Assembly (NCBI GenBank): GCA_913060875.1
Contig: CAJXSL010000007.1
Coordinates: 76,769 to 140,768, forward strand
DNA length: 64,000 nt
Direction of reading: 5' to 3'
Source of the DNA: an uncultured Desulfobacteraceae bacterium
GTDB taxonomy: Bacteria; Desulfobacterota; Desulfobacteria; Desulfobacterales; UBA5852
In this document: in pieces, positions 1 through 7,738 of the stretch
How the letters are laid out: every line of letters starts with the position of its first letter
Numbering within the stretch: the first letter of the stretch is position 1
Position numbers and translations under genes: made by a program
Notes under the pieces: generated by a model
What the model was told of the DNA's origin: nothing
The model's database searches: none
Seen by the model: only the letters and a program-made list of their open reading frames with translations

Positions 1-372
1 AATAAAGCCTTCAGTCCTCTTGCACGGGAAGAAGCCCTGAAGCTTTCCGCTTACCGCTGGCCGGGCAACGTCCGCGAACTCGAAAATATTATCGAGCGGG
101 GCGTCATTCTTTCCACGGCTCCGGAATTTCGTGTGCCCTCCATCGCCAATGCACCCAAGGAGCCGAGCGGTCATACCCCCCTCCTGACCCACGCCGAAAA
201 CGAGCGCAACCATATCATCCGCGTCCTCCGGCTGGCGGCGGGTAAAATTTCCGGTCCGGGCGGGGCGGCCGGCATGCTCGACCTGCACCCCAACACCCTG
301 CGCTACCGCATCAAAAAACTGGCCATCCGCCGGGAAGACTGGCTGTCCTGGCAGGCATCCAGGGAAGGCTGA
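1..372 (+). CDS. sigma-54-dependent transcriptional activator, C-terminal fragment (gene starts upstream of window)
   Basis: Frame 1 is open from base 1 and reads ...YRWPGNVRELENIIERGVIL (end of the sigma54-interaction AAA+ module). A Fis-type HTH follows (AAGMLDLHPNTLRYRIKKL). Stop at 370-372. Confidence 0.85.
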   Translation, partial: NKAFSPLAREEALKLSAYRWPGNVRELENIIERGVILSTAPEFRVPSIANAPKEPSGHTPLLTHAENERNHIIRVLRLAAGKISGPGGAAGMLDLHPNTLRYRIKKLAIRREDWLSWQASREG

Positions 373-505
373 CGGCCCCTTCGATCATTCGCTTCGGCCA
401 CCGGACTTTTCATCCCAATCCGCAATTTGGATGCCAGGATTAGGGTGGCCCCTGCTGAAAAGTTGAAGGGTTTAGATCAGGATTAACCCAAAAAAGCCTT
501 GACAA

Positions 506-525
506 AAATGAACGATCGTTTATTT
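506..525. promoter_or_regulatory. candidate TetR operator overlapping a sigma70-like promoter
   Basis: Imperfect palindrome AAATGAACGATCGTTTATTT lies directly after a TTGACA hexamer (499-504), 9 nt upstream of the tetR-like ATG at 534. Its core AAATGAACGATC recurs in inverted orientation at 1124-1143. Confidence 0.45.
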
Positions 526-533
526 TAGACGCC

Positions 534-1106
534 ATGCGAACCAAGGATGACGAAAAAAAAGAGGCCCTGTTTCAGGCCACGATCAAACTGGTCAACGATA
601 TCGGCTTCGTTGCCAGCTCCGTATCCAAGATCGCCAAGGAGGCCGGGGTCTCACCGGCTACCCTGTACGTCTATTATAAAAACAAAGAAGATCTCCTGGT
701 TTCGACCTATATCGATATCAAACTGGATCTGAGCCAGGCCATCCTGGCCGATATGGACGATTCCCTGCCCATCCGGGATATATTGGAAAATGTCTGGCAC
801 AGCATTTTTAGCTATGTTTCCAACAACCTGGAATACTACAAGTTCATGGAGCAGTTCGCCAATTCGCCCTACAGCGCCCTGGTGGACCGCCAGGCGGTGG
901 AGCAGTATTTCGTGCCCCTCACCAATGTGATGCAACGGGGCATCGAACAGAAGATCATCAAACCGGTGGACCGACACATTCTTGCGGCCTTCCTGTTTCA
1001 TCCGGTTTCCTATCTGGCCAATCCGCGCCTGTGCCAGGAGTTCGAATTGACCGAAACCGACATTGAGACCGCTTTTACGATGGCCTGGGACGCCATCAAA
1101 CTCTAA
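534..1106 (+). CDS. TetR/AcrR family transcriptional regulator
   Basis: 190 aa. N-terminal HTH SVSKIAKEAGVSPATLYVYYKNKEDLL is typical of TetR_N. Helical C-terminal domain. Confidence 0.85.
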   Translation: MRTKDDEKKEALFQATIKLVNDIGFVASSVSKIAKEAGVSPATLYVYYKNKEDLLVSTYIDIKLDLSQAILADMDDSLPIRDILENVWHSIFSYVSNNLEYYKFMEQFANSPYSALVDRQAVEQYFVPLTNVMQRGIEQKIIKPVDRHILAAFLFHPVSYLANPRLCQEFELTETDIETAFTMAWDAIKL

Positions 1107-1123
1107 AAAATTTTGAGCAATCC

Positions 1124-1143
1124 ATAAATGATCGTTCATTTAT
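1124..1143. promoter_or_regulatory. second copy of the TetR operator-like palindrome, upstream of the MBL-hydrolase gene
   Basis: ATAAATGATCGTTCATTTAT has palindromic arms TAAATGA/TCATTTA. Its reverse complement shares AAATGAACGATC with 506-525. It lies 36 nt upstream of the ATG at 1179. Confidence 0.45.
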
Positions 1144-1178
1144 AAATGCCATAGAAGAAAAGAACCAATTCTTAACAG

Positions 1179-2315
1179 ATGAAATTGCTCGTCGTCGCCA
1201 CCATCCTCATTTCAGGAGTTGTCATGATGCAGTACGCCCTTACCGATGCCCCGACTGCAAGCAATGGAGTTCCCCATGGGATGGACAGCCGCATACACCC
1301 TTCCCATCTAAGCGAGGGTAGATTCCACGGTGGCAAGGCCCCCATGCGTTGGTCCTTGGCCGATTTTGCTTCCACAACCTGGGATTTTCTTTTTACCGGC
1401 AACGCCCGGACACCAGACAGGGAACTGCCCCTTAAACAGGTGGATCTTACTCACTTCACCAAACCGGGGAAAAGTCAGCTGAACGCCACCTGGCTAGGCC
1501 ATTCGTCCCTGATGATCAACATCGACGGCTATAGAATCCTGACCGATCCGGTATTCGAAAAACGGGTTTCCATCGTCGGCCCCACGCGCTTCAACGGTGA
1601 TGTTCCCATCGATATTAGGCAGATACCCGAAATCGACGTGGTCATTATCTCCCACGATCACTATGACCACCTCAACAAACACTCCGTACGGCATTTAGAG
1701 CCCAGGACAAAACAATTTATCGTTCCTACGGCGGTGGGAACCCTGCTTGCAAAATGGGGGGTTCCGGCAGAAAAAATCATCGAACTCGACTGGTGGGAAA
1801 CTTTCCGGTTCGATCCTAACCTCGCTATCACCGCGACACCGGCCCAGCATTTTTCCGGCCGCGGGTTGACCGACCGCAACAAAACCCTCTGGGCGTCCTG
1901 GGTTGTAATGTCGCCCGCCCACAAAATCTTTTTCAGCGGTGATTCCGGCTATTTCGACGGGTTCAAACGGATCGGTGAGGCCTTCGGCCCGTTCGATATG
2001 ACCTTCATCGAGTGCGGAGCCTACAACCAATCATGGGCCCAGGTGCACATGTTTCCCGAGCAAACCGTCCGGGCCCATATGGACCTCGGTGGCGACTTGC
2101 TGCACCCCATCCACTGGGGGACGTTCAACCTGGCCCTGCACCCCTGGTACGAACCCATGGAGAGACTGACCGCCGCTGCGAATACGGCGAATATTATAAT
2201 CGCCGTACCGGTTGTCGGTGACACGACCGTTTACGATACGGTCATCCCCAACAGCAAATGGTGGCGACTCGCAATGACATCGCCCTTAAAATTGTTAGGC
2301 GAGAATACGCGATGA
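1179..2315 (+). CDS. MBL-fold metallo-hydrolase (NAPE-PLD-like), N-terminal membrane anchor
   Basis: 378 aa. Hydrophobic N-terminus MKLLVVATILISGVVMM. Metal-binding motif VVIISHDHYDHL (HxHxDH) plus later His/Asp residues. Confidence 0.75.
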   Translation: MKLLVVATILISGVVMMQYALTDAPTASNGVPHGMDSRIHPSHLSEGRFHGGKAPMRWSLADFASTTWDFLFTGNARTPDRELPLKQVDLTHFTKPGKSQLNATWLGHSSLMINIDGYRILTDPVFEKRVSIVGPTRFNGDVPIDIRQIPEIDVVIISHDHYDHLNKHSVRHLEPRTKQFIVPTAVGTLLAKWGVPAEKIIELDWWETFRFDPNLAITATPAQHFSGRGLTDRNKTLWASWVVMSPAHKIFFSGDSGYFDGFKRIGEAFGPFDMTFIECGAYNQSWAQVHMFPEQTVRAHMDLGGDLLHPIHWGTFNLALHPWYEPMERLTAAANTANIIIAVPVVGDTTVYDTVIPNSKWWRLAMTSPLKLLGENTR

Positions 2316-3049
2316 AATCGTTACGCAGCATGGTCTGTTTTTTGCTGGCTTTGGTATTGATCGCTGGATGCACAACAAATCGTCAGTTGAATCGATCGGC
2401 AGATGATCGCGAAACCGTCGTCCTGATCCACGGACTGGGCCGCAGCGCCGTCTCCATGTGGCTCCTGGAAGGTCGGATCGAAAAGGCCGGCTACGATGTC
2501 GTCGCGCTGGACTACCCTTCTCTGGGCATTACGCCGGCAGAGGTCATCGATGCAGTGACGGTACAAATCGATGCGTGCTGCCGGGACAAAGCCAGGGTTC
2601 ACTTCGTGGGCCATTCCCTGGGCGGCCTTCTCATACGGTCTTATTTTGCAAATCCGGAAAATGCCGCGATGATGGGCCGGCTGGGTCAGGTGGTCATGAT
2701 CGGGACACCCAACGCGGGCTCCGTGCTGGTGGATCATTTCCGGGACAGTTGGTGGCTGCCGATCCTGGGGGAGACCACCCTGTCCCTGGGCACAACCGCT
2801 AACAGCCTGCCGGGGCAATTGCCACTGCCCCCTTTCAGGGCCGGCATCATCGCCGGTTCCAACGGCATGTGGATCAGCGATGCCATCTTCGCGGAAGCCA
2901 ACGACGGCCTGGTAGCGGTGGCCTCGACCCGGCTGCCCAATATGGCCGATTTTATCGAAATCGACGTGAGCCACTCCATGATGCGCTACAACCATGAGGT
3001 GGCCGACCAGACCATTGAATTCTTGAAAAACGGGCGGTTCCGGCATTGA
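2312..3049 (+). CDS. alpha/beta hydrolase (lipase/esterase-like) lipoprotein
   Basis: The track ORF 2258..3049 is trimmed to the ATG at 2312, which overlaps the upstream stop (ATGA). Lipobox LIAGC, oxyanion region VLIHGLGRS, nucleophile elbow GHSLGG. Confidence 0.75.
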   Translation: MKSLRSMVCFLLALVLIAGCTTNRQLNRSADDRETVVLIHGLGRSAVSMWLLEGRIEKAGYDVVALDYPSLGITPAEVIDAVTVQIDACCRDKARVHFVGHSLGGLLIRSYFANPENAAMMGRLGQVVMIGTPNAGSVLVDHFRDSWWLPILGETTLSLGTTANSLPGQLPLPPFRAGIIAGSNGMWISDAIFAEANDGLVAVASTRLPNMADFIEIDVSHSMMRYNHEVADQTIEFLKNGRFRH

Positions 3050-3164
3050 CAGGCATGCGTACAAAAAAGTGTCGCAAATCGCCATGCGTGTTACTGTTGA
3101 CGTCCCATACCGAATCAGGGCAATTTAAATCATTTTATCCTAACAAAAACGCTAAAGGGGAAAA

Positions 3165-3941
3165 ATGGACCTGAAAACCATACTGAACCGTTTCAAAAAC
3201 AATGAAACCGATCTGGACACGGCCGAAGCGCAGATCCGTTCGGCGGGCTATGTTCCGGTTGCGGATATCGCCAAAATCGATGTTTTCCGCAAGCACCGCA
3301 CCGGTATCATGGAGGCCATCCTGGCGGAGGGTAAAACCCCGGAAGACGTGGTCGCCATCGCCGAAACCCAAATCGCTGCCACGGGACGCGTGCTCATTAC
3401 CCGGCTGGCGGAATCGCACAGGGACGCTTTGATTGCGCGTTTCAACACGGAATCGCTGGAATGGAGCCTGCATTCCACGGCGGCGGTTGTTCATGACGGG
3501 ACGCCCGCCCCCCGCACGGGAGGCAGAGTGGCCATCATGACGGCCGGCACGGCCGACATCGACGTGGCCGAAGAAGCCCGCCTGGTGGCCTCGGAAATGG
3601 GCTGCGATACCCTTGCCATCTACGACGTGGGGGTCGCCGGCCTGCACCGCCTGATGGGCGAGATGCACCGGCTGGAGGAAAAAAAGCCGGACGCGGTGGT
3701 GGTGGCCGCCGGCCGGGAAGGGACCCTGCCGACCGTGGTCTCCGGCCTGCTGGACGTACCCGTGATCGGTCTTCCGGTCTCCACCGGATATGGCGCGGGC
3801 GCCAAGGGCGAAGCCGCATTGCTTTCCATGTTGCAGTCCTGTTCCGTAATTTCAGTCGTCAATATCGATGCCGGGTTCGTTGCCGGGGCGTTTGCCGCCC
3901 GCATCGCCAACACGGTTGCCGCGGCCCGAAAAAGCCATTGA
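3165..3941 (+). CDS. larB: nickel-pincer cofactor biosynthesis protein LarB (PurE-like carboxylase/hydrolase)
   Basis: 258 aa. PurE-like core GRVAIMTAGTADIDVAEEARLVASEMGCD...DVGVAGLHRL...VVVAAGREGTLPTVV. AAGGGGA RBS before the ATG. Sits immediately upstream of a LarC-like gene. Confidence 0.8.
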   Translation: MDLKTILNRFKNNETDLDTAEAQIRSAGYVPVADIAKIDVFRKHRTGIMEAILAEGKTPEDVVAIAETQIAATGRVLITRLAESHRDALIARFNTESLEWSLHSTAAVVHDGTPAPRTGGRVAIMTAGTADIDVAEEARLVASEMGCDTLAIYDVGVAGLHRLMGEMHRLEEKKPDAVVVAAGREGTLPTVVSGLLDVPVIGLPVSTGYGAGAKGEAALLSMLQSCSVISVVNIDAGFVAGAFAARIANTVAAARKSH

Positions 3942-3951
3942 GGACATCCGA

Positions 3952-5154
3952 ATGAAAACACTGATATTGGAACCCTTCTCCGGTGCCGCCGGAGACATGA
4001 TCCTGGGGGCCCTGATCGGTCTCGGGGCTGACCGGGAAAAGGTGTGTCAGGCCATCGAATCGGCGGTGGATGTCGCTGTCATCGTCGGCAGGTCTGACAA
4101 ACAGGGCATTGCCGCGGTAGACGTCCACATCGAAGTCCCCCACGAAACCCATTCGCGGCACTACGATGACCTTGTGTCTGTCATCAAAAAAGCCGGCCTG
4201 CCCAACGACATCGAAAATAGCGCCCTGGGCGTATTTGCCATCATGGCGGCGGCCGAATCCGCTGTCCACGGCCAGCCCCTCGAATCGCTTCACTTTCATG
4301 AAGTGGGCCAGAACGATGCCCTGGCCGATGTGATCGGTGCCTGCACGGCCATCCACGACATCGGTGCGGACGCCATCCTCTGCATGCCCATCAACGTGGG
4401 CGGCGGAAAAGTGAAAGCGGCCCATGGCCTGATGCCGGTCCCGGCTCCGGCCACCCTCGAGATCCTTCGCAAAAGTGAATTGCCATTTTACGGCACGGGC
4501 AACCGGGAACTGCTGACGCCCACCGGAGCGGCCCTGCTGGCCTGGTTTGCCAAACCCATCGACCACCTGCCAGGCGGGCGCGTCCTCGCCACCGGCTACG
4601 GGGCCGGCGACGCGGATACCGCCTCGCCCAACGTGCTGCGAACCCTGCTCATGGATACCGGCCCCCATTTGTCCACCGACAGCGTCGAGGTGCTGGAGAC
4701 CAATGTGGATGACGTGACCGGCGAGGTGCTCGGCAACCTGTTTGACCGCCTCCTGGGCCTGGGCGCACGCGACGTGGCCATGATACCGGCGGTCATGAAA
4801 AAAGGGCGCTCCGGCCACATCATCAAGGTGATCACGTCCCGGGAGCATACGGCCCGCCTTGCCAAGGAAATCATGCGGGAAACCGGGAGCCTCGGCATCC
4901 GCGTCCTCCCGACCCGGCACCGCTATACGGCCGACCGCCGCATGGACCAGGTGACAATTTCACTCAAGGGAAAAACGGTCGCTGCGGCCGTGAAGATCGC
5001 CCAGGATCAATCCGGTGTCATCCTGCACATATCGGCGGAATATGAAGACTGCCGCCGCATTGCCGAAGAAACCAGTATGCCGCTCCGCCAAATTATCCGC
5101 CGGGTGGAAGAAGAGGCCTGGCAACAATTCGGTAAGTCTCCCCAAAAGGGCTGA
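3952..5154 (+). CDS. larC: nickel insertion protein LarC
   Basis: The track ORF 3868..5154 is trimmed to the ATG at 3952, 10 nt after the larB stop. The N-terminus MKTLILEPFSGAAGDMILGALIGLGAD matches the conserved LarC/DUF111 start. About 400 aa. Confidence 0.8.
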   Translation: MKTLILEPFSGAAGDMILGALIGLGADREKVCQAIESAVDVAVIVGRSDKQGIAAVDVHIEVPHETHSRHYDDLVSVIKKAGLPNDIENSALGVFAIMAAAESAVHGQPLESLHFHEVGQNDALADVIGACTAIHDIGADAILCMPINVGGGKVKAAHGLMPVPAPATLEILRKSELPFYGTGNRELLTPTGAALLAWFAKPIDHLPGGRVLATGYGAGDADTASPNVLRTLLMDTGPHLSTDSVEVLETNVDDVTGEVLGNLFDRLLGLGARDVAMIPAVMKKGRSGHIIKVITSREHTARLAKEIMRETGSLGIRVLPTRHRYTADRRMDQVTISLKGKTVAAAVKIAQDQSGVILHISAEYEDCRRIAEETSMPLRQIIRRVEEEAWQQFGKSPQKG

Positions 5155-5299
5155 AAAAAATCGGCCTCAAATTAAACCAAATGAAATTCACCCTGCATAT
5201 CGGCTAATTTTGGGTACCCCCCTTGAGGGGAGGATATATTTGGTTGGTAGATTTTGGTTCTGGTTTTCCCATTGTCCCGCGCCGAGCATCGGCGGGGCG

Positions 5300-5530
5300 G
5301 ACGGAAAAAAGCGCGCGGACTGTCTGAGTCCGCCGTAGCCAATGCGAAGGCGGGCGAGTTTCCGCGTGCTCCGGTCGCAGCAACCGGTCGATTAAGCAAG
5401 CATCATGCTGTCAGGCAAGACGCCAATCGAAGCGAGGCGCGCAGTCCCGCTGACGGCGGGATGAGCACCTGAGCGAGATTGGCAACGCCGCATGGCGGCA
5501 TGAGGCGCCGCTTCATCGACCGGTTGGACG
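5300..5530 (+). other. unannotated, highly self-complementary non-coding region (candidate structured RNA or repeat)
   Basis: A 12-bp perfect long-range complement (CAACCGGTCGAT 5381-5392 with ATCGACCGGTTG 5515-5526) encloses nested helices: GCCAATC 5422-5428 / GATTGGC 5477-5483, CCCGC/GCGGG at 5446-5460 and GCCGC/GCGGC at 5487-5499. A GCGGAC/GTCCGC hairpin lies upstream at 5315-5333. No convincing ORF or RBS. Confidence 0.35.
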
Positions 5531-5551
5531 ACGCGCAGGGTCAAACGGGGC

Positions 5552-5583
5552 ACGGGCGTGTGAAGCCTGTCACGCCGTTTTAT
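5552..5583 (+). terminator. Rho-independent terminator candidate
   Basis: Stem GGCGTG (5555-5560) / CACGCC (5571-5576) with a 10-nt loop, followed by GTTTTAT. Confidence 0.5.
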
Positions 5584-5733
5584 GGAAAGGCGTGATTGCT
5601 TCGTTTTCTTGTCACGGGACAGAAAATGAAGAAATATCTTTTTAGAAAAACAGTCCGATCCAGTGAATCCTGGCCAGATCTCCCCTGAATAGGGGGGTAG
5701 ATCAAAACAACACCGTCAAACAAGGAGATCGAC

Positions 5734-6933
5734 ATGCTATACCGCCATATACCAAAAAACGGAGACAATCTATCCATTTTAGGCTTCGGCCTGATGCGCC
5801 TGCCCGTAGCCAAAGGCGGCCGGATCGACGAACCGCGGGCCATCCGCCAGATCCGTAATGCCATCGACAAGGGCGTCAACTACCTCGATACGGCCTGGCC
5901 CTATCATGCCGGCGAAAGCGAAACCGTTCTAGGACGCGCCCTTTCCGACGGCTACCGCGACAAGGTCAAAATCGCCACTAAGCTGCCCTCCTGGATGATC
6001 AAGAGCCGCGCGGACATGGACACCTATCTTAATGCCCAACTGGAAAAAATCCGGACGGACCGCATCGACTACTACCTTCTCCACGCCCTGGCCGGGGAAC
6101 CGTGGGACCAGCTTGAATCCCTCGGCGTAAAGGATTTCATGGACAATGCCAAGGCCGACGGCCGCATCGTCAATGCCGGATTCTCCTTCCACGGCAAGCT
6201 CGAAGATTTCAAGCGGATCGTAGACGCCTATCCCTGGGAGTTCTGCCAGATCCAGTACAATTTTCTGGATGAAAAGAACCAGGCGGGCACCGAAGGCCTG
6301 GAATATGCAGCCGCCAAGGGCCTGGGCGTGGTGATCATGGAGCCGCTGCGGGGCGGCAACCTGGGCCTGTCCACCCCGCCGGCGGAGGTAGACGCCATCT
6401 GGCAAAAAGCCGCCGTCCAACGCACCCCGGTGGAATGGGCCCTGCGCTGGGTTTGGAATCGTCCCGAGGTTACGGTGGTGCTTTCCGGAATGAATGAAGA
6501 GGCCCACATCGAAGAGAACCTGGCCATCGCGGACCAGGCCCATCCGAATTCCCTGACCGGCGAAGAACTGGAGTTGGTTGCCGAGGCCAGCCGAAAGTAC
6601 AAGACCCTCATGAAGGTGGGCTGCACCGGGTGCGGCTATTGCATGCCCTGCCCTTCGGACGTCCACATTCCCGGCTGTTTCGAGGTCTATAACAAGATGC
6701 ACATGTTCGGCAACGAGCAGGAAGGCAAGTTCATGTACGCCATCCGTATGAGCGGCATGATCTCCGGCGCCCCCGGCTATGCCTCCCAATGCGTCCAGTG
6801 CGGCGAATGCCTGGAAAAATGTCCCCAGGAGATCGAAATCCCCGACTTCCTGGAGAAGGTCGCCGAGGAAATGGAGGATGCGGACCTGGAAAACCGCGTC
6901 GCCATGGGGAAGAAGATGCTGAATATTGAATAG
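5734..6933 (+). CDS. aldo/keto reductase with C-terminal 4Fe-4S ferredoxin-type domain
   Basis: 399 aa. AKR core (LGFGLMRLP, NYLDTAWPYH, IDYYLLH). C-terminal Cys clusters CTGCGYCMPCP and CVQCGECLEKCP. AAGGAG RBS at 5722-5727. Confidence 0.8.
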   Translation: MLYRHIPKNGDNLSILGFGLMRLPVAKGGRIDEPRAIRQIRNAIDKGVNYLDTAWPYHAGESETVLGRALSDGYRDKVKIATKLPSWMIKSRADMDTYLNAQLEKIRTDRIDYYLLHALAGEPWDQLESLGVKDFMDNAKADGRIVNAGFSFHGKLEDFKRIVDAYPWEFCQIQYNFLDEKNQAGTEGLEYAAAKGLGVVIMEPLRGGNLGLSTPPAEVDAIWQKAAVQRTPVEWALRWVWNRPEVTVVLSGMNEEAHIEENLAIADQAHPNSLTGEELELVAEASRKYKTLMKVGCTGCGYCMPCPSDVHIPGCFEVYNKMHMFGNEQEGKFMYAIRMSGMISGAPGYASQCVQCGECLEKCPQEIEIPDFLEKVAEEMEDADLENRVAMGKKMLNIE

Positions 6934-7168
6934 CGCCTAAAAAAGGTCGCCGTTTATGATATCGCGGGAAAGGAGATTTAATACAACATCGGTTCGTTCA
7001 GGGGGACACTCGATGCTTTATCGTAAAGTGCCTGAACCGAACGGCACTATGCGGCCTCCAAAATTAGACTGCGGTCTATTGGCCGCATTTATTGCCGTTC
7101 GTCTGGCAAAACCCCGTATAAGAACAGCAGGGTTGAAACATGTCGGATATATTTCAGTCCCGAAACTG

Positions 7169-7738
7169 TCATTCACAAGATGAGACCGCCATTTCGGAAT
7201 CCTTTGTCAGTTGGGCGATTTTTCTCATAACAGGAAATAGAAACCTACCCAGCCCCGGATGCCCCTCTGAATGGAGATGAAGGTCCGCATAACCGAGGGG
7301 GAGTTCGTTGTTGAGGAGCGCCATCAAAACTCGGGTGGAACCAAAAAATCTAAAATCCTGATCCCTGAATGCCACCATTCCCGGGCCACCATGGACGCAC
7401 CCATCGTAAATTCGAAAATGCCCCGCAAAAGATGTATCCGTTGCTTCCAAATTTACAGCCAACGGCATGATTCTGGCCACGAATTGTTTTACCGGTGGTG
7501 AGTTTGCAACCAGTAATCCCACGCCCTCCCAGTAACACTGCATAAACCGTTCATATATCGCTCTATCGAAAGGATCCAGGGATGCCACTTGGCGGCAGAG
7601 TTCCGCCAGCAGCCCCGGTTTGTTTTTTAGTGCGTTTTCGATACCTTGTGATCCGATATACGTCAATAAAGACGGACCGTGATGCTTGCCTTTATTCAAT
7701 GTGGATTTGGGTTTCCTTAAATCATTGTCCGGGTGCAT
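7169..7738 (-). CDS. SCP2 sterol-binding-domain-like protein
   Basis: The track ORF 7169..7933 is trimmed to the ATG at 7738, because the upstream part overlaps the preceding gene in another frame. The C-terminal half (FGSTRVLMALLNNELPLGYADLHLHSEGHPGLGRFL) resembles the SCP2 fold signature. Overlaps the Mo-enzyme stop by 17 nt. Confidence 0.5.
   Translation of the reverse strand: MHPDNDLRKPKSTLNKGKHHGPSLLTYIGSQGIENALKNKPGLLAELCRQVASLDPFDRAIYERFMQCYWEGVGLLVANSPPVKQFVARIMPLAVNLEATDTSFAGHFRIYDGCVHGGPGMVAFRDQDFRFFGSTRVLMALLNNELPLGYADLHLHSEGHPGLGRFLFPVMRKIAQLTKDSEMAVSSCE

Noticed and set aside
5254-5472. 72-aa plus-strand ORF (and 5172..5399 on the minus strand) in the larC-AKR gap
   Set aside because: There is no RBS, the translation is Arg/Ala/Gly-rich, and the frame is embedded in nested hairpins. 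It is more likely non-coding.
5381-5526. Retron msr/msd, or a known housekeeping RNA, as the explanation for the inverted-repeat-flanked structure
   Set aside because: There is no reverse transcriptase gene anywhere nearby. I could not find RNase P, tmRNA, SRP, 6S or B12/SAM/TPP riboswitch core sequences by eye. It is left as an unknown structured region.
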